This document shows, in pieces, positions 10,019 through 20,697 of a DNA stretch of 54,687 nt. The notes under the pieces are model-generated. The model ran no database searches. It saw nothing but the letters and a program-made list of their open reading frames with translations, and was not told the DNA's origin. Within the stretch, counting starts at the first letter, position 1, and each line of letters starts with the position of its first letter. This DNA comes from Atractiella rhizophila (taxonomy: Eukaryota), in assembly GCA_021432655.1 (NCBI GenBank), contig MU271345.1, positions 17,828-72,514 on the forward strand, in the 5' to 3' direction. Both the position numbers and the translations under genes were made by a program.

Positions 10019-13000
10019 TTAAGGGACGTAAAGGGTAGTCTGCGCGAACGAAACCCTTGGCTTCTTGAGTGGCAGTTGATCAGTCGCAGAATCGATCGCT
10101 TTCCTCTTGAATGATGACGACAATGAGCCTGATGAGGACTGAGTTTGCGTTCCAGCAGTGTTATCAATCTGGGTGGGAATGATCTGAGTTTCTAGAGGAT
10201 CCTCCAGGTGTTGCTGGAGAAAGCATGGAGGCAGAAGAGGTCAGAGAATTAAATGGGAGAAGACCTACAGTCAAACTGGTGGTGATGGAGACTGCTCGAT
10301 GCAGGTCGTCGTCTTCCAATCCGCAACCAAAAGCGGTCCTGTTACCTTTCGTATGACCCAGTCTGGGAGCATATTTCGATTTCACAGCGGTTGTAATCTG
10401 AGCAGCTGCCAGTGCATTTGGACCTGCCCTCATGGAGGAATTGCTGTTGATGTGTTGAGTTGACTGCCCGCTTGCTCCAGTATTTATTCGACTCTGATGC
10501 AGCGATCAGATTGGTGAGGTTCAAAACGCCCTCGTACCGTAGGAAACTCGGAGTCGACATCACCCATTGCATCGTCCTCTCCGCTGTTGATGACGTCTCG
10601 AACTGGTTTCCAAATCGTCTCTTCTTCTCCCCTTCTGGGCTCAAAATATCTNNNNNNNNNNNNNNNNNNNNNNNNNNNNNNNNNNNNNNNNNNNNNNNNN
10701 NNNNNNNNNNNNNNNNNNNNNNNNNNNNNNNNNNNNNNNNNNNNNNNNNNNNNNNNNNNNNNNNNNNNNNNNNNNNNNNNNNNNNNNNNNNNNNNNNNNN
10801 NNNNNNNNNNNNNNNNNNNNNNNNNNNNNNNNNNNNNNNNNNNNNNNNNNNNNNNNNNNNNNNNNNNNNNNNNNNNNNNNNNNNNNNNNNNNNNNNNNNN
10901 NNNNNNNNNNNNNNNNNNNNNNNNNNNNNNNNNNNNNNNNNNNNNNNNNNNNNNNNNNNNNNNNNNNNNNNNNNNNNNNNNNNNNNNNNNNNNNNNNNNN
11001 NNNNNNNNNNNNNNNNNNNNNNNNNNNNNNNNNNNNNNNNNNNNNNNNNNNNNNNNNNNNNNNNNNNNNNNNNNNNNNNNNNNNNNNNNNNNNNNNNNNN
11101 NNNNNNNNNNNNNNNNNNNNNNNNNNNNNNNNNNNNNNNNNNNNNNNNNNNNNNNNNNNNNNNNNNNNNNNNNNNNNNNNNNNNNNNNNNNNNNNNNNNN
11201 NNNNNNNNNNNNNNNNNNNNNNNNNNNNNNNNNNNNNNNNNNNNNNNNNNNNNNNNNNNNNNNNNNNNNNNNNNNNNNNNNNNNNNNNNNNNNNNNNNNN
11301 NNNNNNNNNNNNNNNNNNNNNNNNNNNNNNNNNNNNNNNNNNNNNNNNNNNNNNNNNNNNNNNNNNNNNNNNNNNNNNNNNNNNNNNNNNNNNNNNNNNN
11401 NNNNNNNNNNNNNNNNNNNNNNNNNNNNNNNNNNNNNNNNNNNNNNNNNNNNNNNNNNNNNNNNNNNNNNNNNNNNNNNNNNNNNNNNNNNNNNNNNNNN
11501 NNNNNNNNNNNNNNNNNNNNNNNNNNNNNNNNNNNNNNNNNNNNNNNNNNNNNNNNNNNNNNNNNNNNNNNNNNNNNNNNNNCATCCACAGGAAGCGTCG
11601 TTCTCTGGGAGAACGAGGGAGGAGCGTTCTGTTTCCACGTTCAAAGTGAAATTGCACCAAATGCAAGAGAGCAAAAACTAACCTGCTTAGAAAGACGCTG
11701 CATGACTTTGGCGGTCGTTGTCGAAGCCTGGGACAGCGAGTGATCGCCTACTGGATGAAGAACGACTTCGGGTTCGAATTCCTCCTCATCCTCTTCCGAG
11801 ATTGGTTGCAATGCCCTGTCTTTCGCTTTCTTCTGTCGTCGTCCAGTGCATTCTCCATCAAGAAAGTCCTCGCATTCTCCTCGATGACACCCATGATTTC
11901 TTCTCCGTCCTCTTGTCTCGCGGAAATGCGACTAAGTGTCCCCCAATCTTCGTCGTGACATCTCTGATCTCTCCACCTTCCATCCTGATACCTAACGGCT
12001 TCAAGATAATCTCTTCCTGTTGAACTTCGCTTTGGGAGTTTGGCTGAAGGTGGTTCAAAGGGTCTGGGCAATCGTAAACAGACCTCTCCGCATCCCAAAC
12101 GACAGTTCGCTTGTCCAAATCCAACATGGACTCTGAGCTACTCCTTCTCCATCTTCTGGAGATGCTCGGTTGATTCGAGAGGCGATAGAGTGAGCTGTCA
12201 GCTTGACGGAATGATGGCCGGTGCTCAAGGCGGAGCAAGGAAGCAGCTCTGGCTCATCGTCCAGCAGGCGAGTCGCAAAGACGAACTTGTCGTTTTCACG
12301 GCCAGCTGGAATCCAGGAGGTTGGTAGTCTTCAGGGAGCTTTGTCCGTAAAAGAGATCTTGATAGTGATGTATCGTTTGTCTGGAAGCTCATCGAACATT
12401 TCCGTCCGTGGTGAGCAGCCTAATCACGAATATCGAACATGAATTTTCCGTAGTTGAAGTGGAGTGAGGGAGAAAGGGATGGACTTACCGTCTGATCATG
12501 TTCTGCACCATGTCCTTCACCGCTCCTTTCGTGATTGTAGAAACTTTCTTTCTTGATGCTGCCGTACTCTTCGTCGATGTACCACTGCTGACGATGAGGT
12601 CGGCCATTTTGTTTCGAAGCTCCACGTCAATTTGGCCTGTTGAGGAGTAGGCGAAGTTGAACTGATAGCACTCGACGATATCGAGAGGCCTCGAGGGATC
12701 GGTACAGATGGCGAGAATCATACTTTGAAGGTATCCACGGGTTAGAGCATCTCCAATTCCAATTTCCTAAGCCATGATGTGTGAGCTCCATTCTTTAGGT
12801 CAGATGAGTTTGTTCAGCATTCTCTTTGATATGAATTCCTTCGAAATTCACTCTTCAGCGCAACAGAGGAGGTTCGTCACAGACGCGTGACAAATCTTTT
12901 GGCGTTTTTAGCGAAAAAACTGATAACAATAAAGAAAAGTCAAGGAAGTATATTGGATGTTTTTTTCCATCGTGCTACCCTGGTCACAATGCAGGAGGAA

Positions 13001-13388
13001 CGACGTACCAAATAATCGAGGAGCTGATCTCCGACCTTACTCTTCCCCCTAACCAATTTCTTAGCCCTGACAGAATTCCTTCTTTTCCCCTCCTTTCCTC
13101 CTTTCAGAAGCTGGGGATCAGAAGACGGGAGTTCCTCAGTCTCGAACGAGTCGTCGTCGAATATACCACTGTAAAACCATCAGTTCACGAATAGCTGATT
13201 GAGAGATGGTAAAAGCTCACCGAGTGTAGCATATGCAACCGAAAGCAGCCCGGAGAAGTGTTTGGACGGCAGCAAGGGATTGAGAGTGCGTGATTATTTT
13301 GCTATCCGTCGAAGGACGCGTTTTCTGATAAACGATCAGTGTCGACAGAACAGAAGGCCGAGGATGCAGTTACCTGTGCGGTAGCCAT
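10019..13388 (-). CDS. HOP1: Meiotic HORMA-domain axis protein Hop1 (apparent frameshifts; middle in N gap)
   Basis: MATAQKT...QSLAAVQTLLRAAFGCICYTRGIFDDDSF; DQLLDYLEIGIGDALTRGYLQSMILAICTDP...VECYQFNFAY; ELPDKRYITIK...DYQPPGF; LSTGHHSVKL; RTVVWDAE. TQ-rich tail ends KRKA...LKKPRVSFAQTTLYVP-TAA (closure-motif-like). Confidence 0.85.
10652..11582. other. Assembly gap (N run)
   Basis: Run of n, inside the Hop1 gene. Confidence 1.
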
Positions 13389-13416
13389 CAGGATCACTGG
13401 ATAGAAACCGTCTTAG

Positions 13417-15374
13417 TGAAGATATTTGAGAGTGGCTTCTTGGTCGTTTGTGGAAAGTCGCGTTTTTGAAAGTTTTCAATCGCGGCGTGTCGAAGCACGT
13501 GGGTGTACGCACTTCAGCTTGGTTGTCTGCATAACAGCGGGAAGCCGTCTTCTGCAGCCTTCCAGCCTCGCTCATCAGTGGTTGCAGCAGTCAGTCCCCT
13601 ACACATCCACGCACCATTATGTCCTCTCGCCTTTTTGGAGTTCGGCTCTCAACCTGCGCGCGCAGAGTACCACGCTTAACACGAGCTTTCGGCTCTTACA
13701 AATCAGCACCAGCAGTCCTATCAGAATTGGGTCTCAGACATGGAGACGTGAATCCGGGGGTATATTCGACCAGTGGATGGTTCGGGAGTGGAAAGGAAGT
13801 GGAGTCCGTCAACCCCAGCACGGGAGAAGTGCTCGCAAAAATTGCCACGGCATGTTTCATCCTTCTTACCTAGCTTTGTAGTTATGCTGAGAGAGGAACA
13901 GGCGAGCAAACAAGATCGTTTGAAGGTATTGGGAGAGGCCAAAGAAGCATATAGGTATTGGCGCTCCGTTCCTGCTCCAAAGCGTGGGAATGTCCTTGCA
14001 AAGATTAAGACCGCACTGGAAGAGAAGAAGGAAGCATTAGGTGCATTGGTCAGTTTGGAGATGGGTAAGATCTATTCTGAAGTGAGCCTCTGTCCTATTC
14101 ATATCATTTGAGTGTGAGCTGTACTGACTCTTCCTTTTAAAGGGGAAAGGGGAGGTTCAAGAATTCATCGACATTTGTGATTATGGAGTTGGTACGGCTC
14201 TCCATTCTGTCAACAGCTCTCTCCTGATTGAGTTTTGACGGATGTAAAGGCCTTAGTCGGTCAATGGAGGGCCGTCATTTACCGTCTGAACGTCCAGGAC
14301 ATGTAATGCTTGAAGTTCCCAACCCACTAGGGCTCTGTGGTGTGATCACCGCGTTTAACTTCCCCGTTCGTCTCTTCTCTCCTCTCTCCACATCTCTTGT
14401 GCATGCCCTCATTCTTGTCTTTCTCAGGTGGCAGTGTACGGTTGGAATCTCTCGCTCTCCCTCGTCTGTGGCAATTCCACTCTATGGGCACCAGCACCGT
14501 CCACTCCCCTGTGTGCGATGGCCACCCAACGCATCATCGCCGACGTGTTCGAAAAGGAAGGTGTCCCGGGCGCAGTTAGCGCTCTGCTTAGTGGAGGGAA
14601 GGAGACGGGAGCATGGATGACGGAGGAGAAGGACATTCCTCTCCTGAGCTTCACTGGAAGCGAGAGGACGGGTTTGGAGGTTGGAGCGAAGGTGACTGGT
14701 AGGGCGGGGAAGACGATATTGGAACTTGGGGTGCGTCTCACTACACTGTCTTGTGTAGAAAAGTACTGAGGAATTGGTTCTAGGGAAATAATGTCCGTTT
14801 TGCATTGCTTTGTTAGAGTCTCACAGATCTGACGGTGGATCAGGCGGCCATCGTTCTTGCTGACGCCAACCTGGCCCAAGCAGTACCCACCATCCTCTTC
14901 TCTGCACTAGGCACCACTTCGCAGCGGTGCACTACGACCCGTCGGCTGCTGTTGCAGCGTTCCATCTCCCAAGACTTCCTCTCCAGCCTTCTCAAGGGAT
15001 ACAGCTCCCTCGTTCCCTCCCGTCTCGGTGATCCACTTCATCCCAACACACTAGTAGGGCCACTACACTCCCGCTCTGGCATGAAGGTGTTCGACGACGC
15101 TCTGAAAACCTGTGAGGAGCAAGGAGGGAGGATTGTGTTCCCTGAACCTGCTGCGCAGTCTTTTGAGCTGAAGGAGGGGGGATTGAGGAACGGTAATTGG
15201 GTAACACCGCGGGTGGTCAAGTGGGAAGGGAGTGCAAAGGATTACGGGAAAGACTGGATAGTGAATAAGGAGGTTTTTGGCCCCCTTCTGCACGTTATCG
15301 AGTTTGATACACTGGAAGAGGCGATTGAGATCAACAATAGTGTGGAGCAAGGATTGAGCAGTTCGTTATTCACC

Positions 15375-15405
<31 letters not shown>

Positions 15406-17367
15406 TGAAGATATTTGAGAGTGGCTTCTTGGTCGTTTGTGGAAAGTCGCGTTTTTGAAAGTTTTCAATCGCGGCGTGTCGAAGCACGTGGGTGTACGCA
15501 CTTCAGCTTGGTTGTCTGCATAACAGCGGGAAGCCGTCTTCTGCAGCCTTCCAGCCTCGCTCATCAGTGGTTGCAGCAGTCAGTCCCCTACACATCCACG
15601 CACCATTATGTCCTCTCGCCTTTTTGGAGTTCGGCTCTCAACCTGCGCGCGCAGAGTACCACGCTTAACACGAGCTTTCGGCTCTTACAAATCAGCACCA
15701 GCAGTCCTATCAGAATTGGGTCTCAGACATGGAGACGTGAATCCGGGGGTATATTCGACCAGTGGATGGTTCGGGAGTGGAAAGGAAGTGGAGTCCGTCA
15801 ACCCCAGCACGGGAGAAGTGCTCGCAAAAATTACCACGGCATGTTTCATCTTTCTTACCTAGCTTTGTAGTTATGCTGAGAGAGGAACAGGCAAGCAAAC
15901 AAGATCGTTTAAAGGTATTGGGAGAGGCCAAGGAAGCATATAGGTACTGGCGCTCCGTTCCTGCTCCAAAGCGTGGGAATGTCCTCGCAAAGATTAAGAC
16001 CGCACTGGAAGAGAAGAAGGAAGCATTAGGTGCATTGGTCAGTTTGGAGATGGGTAAGATCTATTCTGAGGTGAGCCTCTGTCCTTTTCATATAATTTGA
16101 GTGTGAACACCACTGACTCTTCATTTTGAAGGGAAAAGGAGAGGTTCAAGAATTCATCGACATTTGTGATTATGGAGTTGGTACGGCCCTCCAATCTGTC
16201 AACAGCTCTTCCTAATTGAGTTTTAATGGATGTAAAGGGCTTAGTCGGTCAATGGAGGGACGTCATTTACCCTCTGAACGCCCAGGACACGTAATGCTTG
16301 AAGTTCCCAACCCACTAGGGCTCTGTGGTGTGATCACCGCCTTCAACTTCCCTGTTCGTCTCTTCTCTCCACTCTCCACATCTCTTGTGCATGACCTCAT
16401 TCTTGTCTTTCTCAGGTGGCAGTGTACGGCTGGAACCTCTCGCTCTCCCTTGTCTGTGGCAATTCCACTCTATGGGCACCAGCACCGTCCACTCCCCTGT
16501 GTGCGATGGCCACGCAACGCATCATCGCCGACGTGTTCGAAAAGGAAGGTGTGCCGGGTGCAGTTAGCGCTCTACTTACTGGAGGGAAGGAGACGGGAGC
16601 ATGGATGACGGAGGAAAAGGAGATTCCTCTCCTGAGCTTCACTGGAAGCGAGAGGACGGGTTTGGAGGTTGGAGCGAAGGTGACCGGTAGGGCGGGGAAG
16701 ACGATATTGGAACTTGGAGTGCGTCTCGCTACACTGTCCTGTGTAGAAAAGTATTGACGAATTGGTCCTAGGGAAATAATGTCCGTTTTGCATTCATTTG
16801 TTAGAGTCTCACAGATCTGACCGTGGATCAGGCGGCCATCGTTCTTGCCGACGCCAACCAGGCCCAAGCGGTACCCACCATCCTCTTCTCCGCGCTAGGC
16901 ACAACTTCGCAGCGGTGCACAACGACGCGTCGGCTGCTGTTGCAGCGTTCCATCTCACAAGACTTCCTCTCCAGCCTTCTCAAGGGATACAGCTCCCTCG
17001 TTCCCTCCCGTCTCGGTGATCCACTTCATCCCAACACACTAGTAGGGCCACTACACTCCCCCTCTGGCATGAAGGTGTTCGATGACGCTCTGAAAACCTG
17101 TGAGGAGCAAGGAGGGAGGATTGTGTTCCCTGAACCTGCTGCGACGTCTTTTGAGCTGAAGGAGGGGGGATTGAGGAACGGTAATTGGGTAACACCGCGA
17201 GTGGTCAAGTGGGAAGGGAGTGCGAAGGATTACGGGAAAGACTGGATAGTGAATAAGGAGGTTTTTGGCCCCCTTCTGCACGTTATTGAGTTTGATACAC
17301 TGGAAGAGGCGATTGAGATCAACAATAGTGTGGAGCAGGGATTGAGCAGTTCGTTATTCACCAAGTA
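13417..17367 (+). repeat. ~1.96-kb tandem duplication (13417-15379 / 15406-17367) joined by a 27-A run
   Basis: Near-identical sequence including introns; A-run at 15379-15405. Confidence 0.97.
13619..15379 (+). CDS. ALDH7: Aldehyde dehydrogenase family 7 (antiquitin-like), 3'-truncated copy
   Basis: [57 protein letters not shown]. Sequence breaks into poly-A at an intron donor after SSSLFTK. Confidence 0.85.
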
Positions 17368-17716
17368 CGTCCACCTCTTTCTCTCTTCATTCTTCAGGTA
17401 TATAACTTGAACTTGTCAATAGGGACGTTGGTAATCTCTTCAAGTGGATCGGTCCAACAGGTAGCGATTGCGGGATCGTCAATTTGAACCAGTCCACATC
17501 GGGAGCTGAGATTGGAGCTGGATTCGGGGGGAACAAGAGTACAGGATGGGGAAGGGAGTCTGGAGGAGACGCTTGGAAGGTGCGCTTCCCAATCCCTACT
17601 CTTTCATTGAAGGCAGCGCTAAAGCTTGTGACATGTAGCAATATGTCAGGTGGTCAGCTTGTACTATAAATTATGAGGAGAAGATGGAGCTCGCGCAGGG
17701 AGTGAAATTCAGCTGA
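15608..17716 (+). CDS. ALDH7: Aldehyde dehydrogenase family 7 (alpha-aminoadipic semialdehyde dehydrogenase-like), complete; Arg-rich N-terminus resembling a mitochondrial presequence
   Basis: Same motifs as the first copy, plus [49 protein letters not shown]...[11 protein letters not shown]. Confidence 0.93.
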
Positions 17717-18561
17717 TATCCTTTCGCTCTCCAACATAACCGTGCACCAACGCGAAGCACCGAGTGTTACTCAAGCATCAAAGTAATACGGGACCTATAA
17801 ATTCTACCGCAAACCCTGAATTTCGAGGCCCACTGACAGCGTTTAACGCCTAACTTTGAAGTAGTAAGTGAATTGAAGTTCCCAAATCATCTTTATCGTC
17901 AGTGTTTTGTCAGTCCGGTTCGTTTCTACGAACCTGCGTGCGGGAAGATATGAAGATCACAATTAATGGCGCACGGTTCACGTCCCGCCGGTTCGCGGAG
18001 CTGCGCCTCTTGGAGGAGACAACGTTCATGGTGCATGTGATCGTTTACTTTTCAGTTTACTTGTGAGGTACAGGAATGTAGCTGCCGGTACCCGCTGGAT
18101 CACGTCGGGGATGCTGGGAAGAGGTAAGGTGTTAATTGAACTTAGCTACTTAGGGTTGGACAGGATGAGAACGAGCTTCACACTCACAGGACCTTCGTTT
18201 GCGATCCAGCGTTGTAGGTCACGGTACCAGTACCAGACAGCGTAGCTGAGAGTTGTAGGCGGATTGAAGGAAGACTCGAATGTACGACGTCTCCTCGGAT
18301 GGTGCTCAGTAAGGGACGGGAAACACTCCTCTCACCGGCCTCCGTGCGGTGCGCACAGCTCTCGGCCTCCCTTCCAAGCTCGCGGAGCAGTACCTACCGG
18401 TAATAGCAAGCATACGTGCTAACGTACGTATGTGACTGACGACCCATTTTTGCAGTAGATTCGTTTATGTGACAAGGTTGAGACGAGGTCATCTTGGTTT
18501 GCCTGGGTATGTGATTCGCTCTCGTCGACTCATCACCGAAAGGTGGAGGGAGGACCGTGCC

Positions 18562-18568
18562 TATAAAA
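18562..18568 (+). promoter_or_regulatory. TATA box of the small secreted peptide gene
   Basis: TATAAAA ~100 nt upstream of ATG 18668, followed by an A/C-rich leader. Confidence 0.55.
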
Positions 18569-18667
18569 GCGGGAGGAAGGATGAGGGAAGACCATCCATC
18601 CATCAAAGTCATTCGACAACGGAACAACTCAGAAGTCATCGTCAACACTCAATCAAATCCATTTATC

Positions 18668-18781
18668 ATGTCGTTCCAATCGCGCATCATCTCTGCATTC
18701 GCTCTTGTCCTCATCCTCGGATCGCAGCTTGCCTTGGCTTTGCCAGCTCCTGCTGATGGAGATCCGTGCGAGGAGTGTTAA
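18668..18781 (+). CDS. 37-aa secreted peptide precursor
   Basis: MSFQSRIISAFALVLILGSQLALA-LPAPADGDPCEEC-TAA: signal peptide with an ALA cleavage site. A GTAAGC...CTAG intron (18784-18834) starts two bases after the stop. Confidence 0.7.
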   Translation: MSFQSRIISAFALVLILGSQLALALPAPADGDPCEEC

Positions 18782-19632
18782 ACGTAAGCTTGACACTCCC
18801 ATGCAGGGTGTTGGCTCAAGATAATGTCTTCTAGCTCTCCACCTTTTGACGCGGCAGGAATACCTCTATCCTCTGTCGTAGTCTCTCGATTCTCGGATGT
18901 CTCTCAAGCTATTTGGCCAACCAATGTCTCTCGATTTGACCATATGTATCATCAAAACATCGCTTTCTCTCATTTACCAACCCCCCTCCTCCTCCCAACC
19001 CCATCGAGATTTCCAATGATCCCTCCATGTACAATCTGAACTGTTCCCTGACTTGGTAAACTCTCCATGTAGCTTTTATTATTTCCAATATTATCTCTTA
19101 ACCCAGACATCAGTCCAATTTTCACAACGCTGACGCGGGCTTGTTGCAGAAGAAGCTAATATGGCCGTTTAAACTTACTCCCTCGACCCTCTTAAGAACT
19201 TAACTTAATGCTATACGGCTGAGAATGGTGTACTCCATTTGACTTGAACTTCATGGAAATGCTGGCCTTAGCATCGGAAGGTATGCATTGCAGAAGACTT
19301 AGGTGAGAGTCGTGAGACTGAGCTCATTGAAAATCGGAGCGAATTTTGGGAATCAATTCTTCATTATTAAAGGTGTAAAAAAGCAATGCTACAGGACAGG
19401 GTACTGACTGATACTGGTACTGTTGCTCTGCTGACGCAAGACTTCTCGACATTTGCTCCATTCAGATGGAGAAGGTGTTATGGCGAGGAAAACGCAAACC
19501 GGAACGAGAAAGGGAAAGCTGAGAAACAGCAGCATTCCGAAAGAATGAGAATGCGGTTCGAAGGCGCAGGTCAACGACGGGAAGGAGAATTTGAAACGAC
19601 GAGTATTAAACCCTCAAGCTGATATGAACGTG

Positions 19633-20085
19633 ACTTGTTCAGTCCTGCCTGACTGTTTTAGCGGCATTGTCGCACTATTGGAATGTTTGAGGCTGCGATA
19701 CTCGTTTAGCAGGTAGACATACCTCTTCAGAGCAATAAACTGTCCACTTCCTGGTTTCCTTGGCCTCTTCTTCGTCCACCGAAGCCTATTTTAAGAACCC
19801 AAAGATCAGTCTCAAATCGTCTTCAAGTGCATAACGCACCAGACCACGCACCGTCTCACCACACCGTGAACAGAGCACTCCCTCCCGAAGCCCTTTCGCT
19901 CGATTCTCAGCGATCGCACCCATCTCCAAGGCCTGTCTGATCACCTCCTTTCTTCCGTTGGTCCCCAGATTAACATCGACGCCGCCGCGAAGGCAACGCA
20001 TAGTCCACTCTCGTTGGCTGGGAGTAAGAGTGAAAGTGGACGGATTTTGAGGACACATCAGCATCTTGAAAGCTTTGGGTAGCAA
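19633..20085 (-). pseudogene. Possible decayed gene fragment with Cys motifs (CSRC ... YCSEEC)
   Basis: Frame reads through TAG at 19786-19788 into ASVDEEEAKETRKWTVYCSEE, then a GTATGT donor. No clean start found. Confidence 0.3.
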
Positions 20086-20697
20086 TTTTCGCAGGTTTTA
20101 GGCTGGCGGAGAGGATTTTCAGGTTGGGAAAAGGGACAAGGAGCCATCAGAGGCTTTATAAGGCCGACGGAGCAACACTTCACGCATTCTCCAGAGAAGA
20201 AAGGGAAGTCCCGACCTTATGGTCAAGGGAAAAATAAGGAGATTGGCTCAGACTGCAGCACGTGGCAATTCGATCCATGCAAGATTGAGATTTGTCATAC
20301 CAAACCCAATCAACGGATGAAATGAAAAAGCACAAGGTTCAGCCTCACATGCATTGGTGTCAAAATTGGACCCTTATGACAAAGAGCCCTTAAATCTTGA
20401 CATGTCTTAGGACAAATCAAATGCATTGCAATGGCGGAGTACGGTGGAGAGGAGGAAAATCACGAATCCAGGCTCAAAGAACGATTTGAAGGACAACTGG
20501 AGAAAGCCTGAACAGATGGAATAGCCAAAATAGAAACAGGAACAGTTCAGAAAAAGAGCAGAGAAAAGAATTGCCCAAAAGTAGGCGGCTAAGTACTCAC
20601 TGCATGCTCAACGGAAGCCCACACGACAACATGGTAAACCAGATTATGCTTCTCACATTCAACCTTTATTAGCAGTTATTGTCCTTGATCTGGCAGT

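Noticed and set aside
10342..11743. Long ORFs in the ORF track
   Set aside because: Artefacts of translating through the N gap.
3569..13388. Functional clustering of PPP4R2 with HOP1 (PP4 dephosphorylates Hop1 in yeast)
   Set aside because: Separated by unrelated genes; proximity alone is not evidence.
15379..15405. Poly-A tail of a processed retrocopy
   Set aside because: The upstream copy retains all introns and ends within an intron donor.
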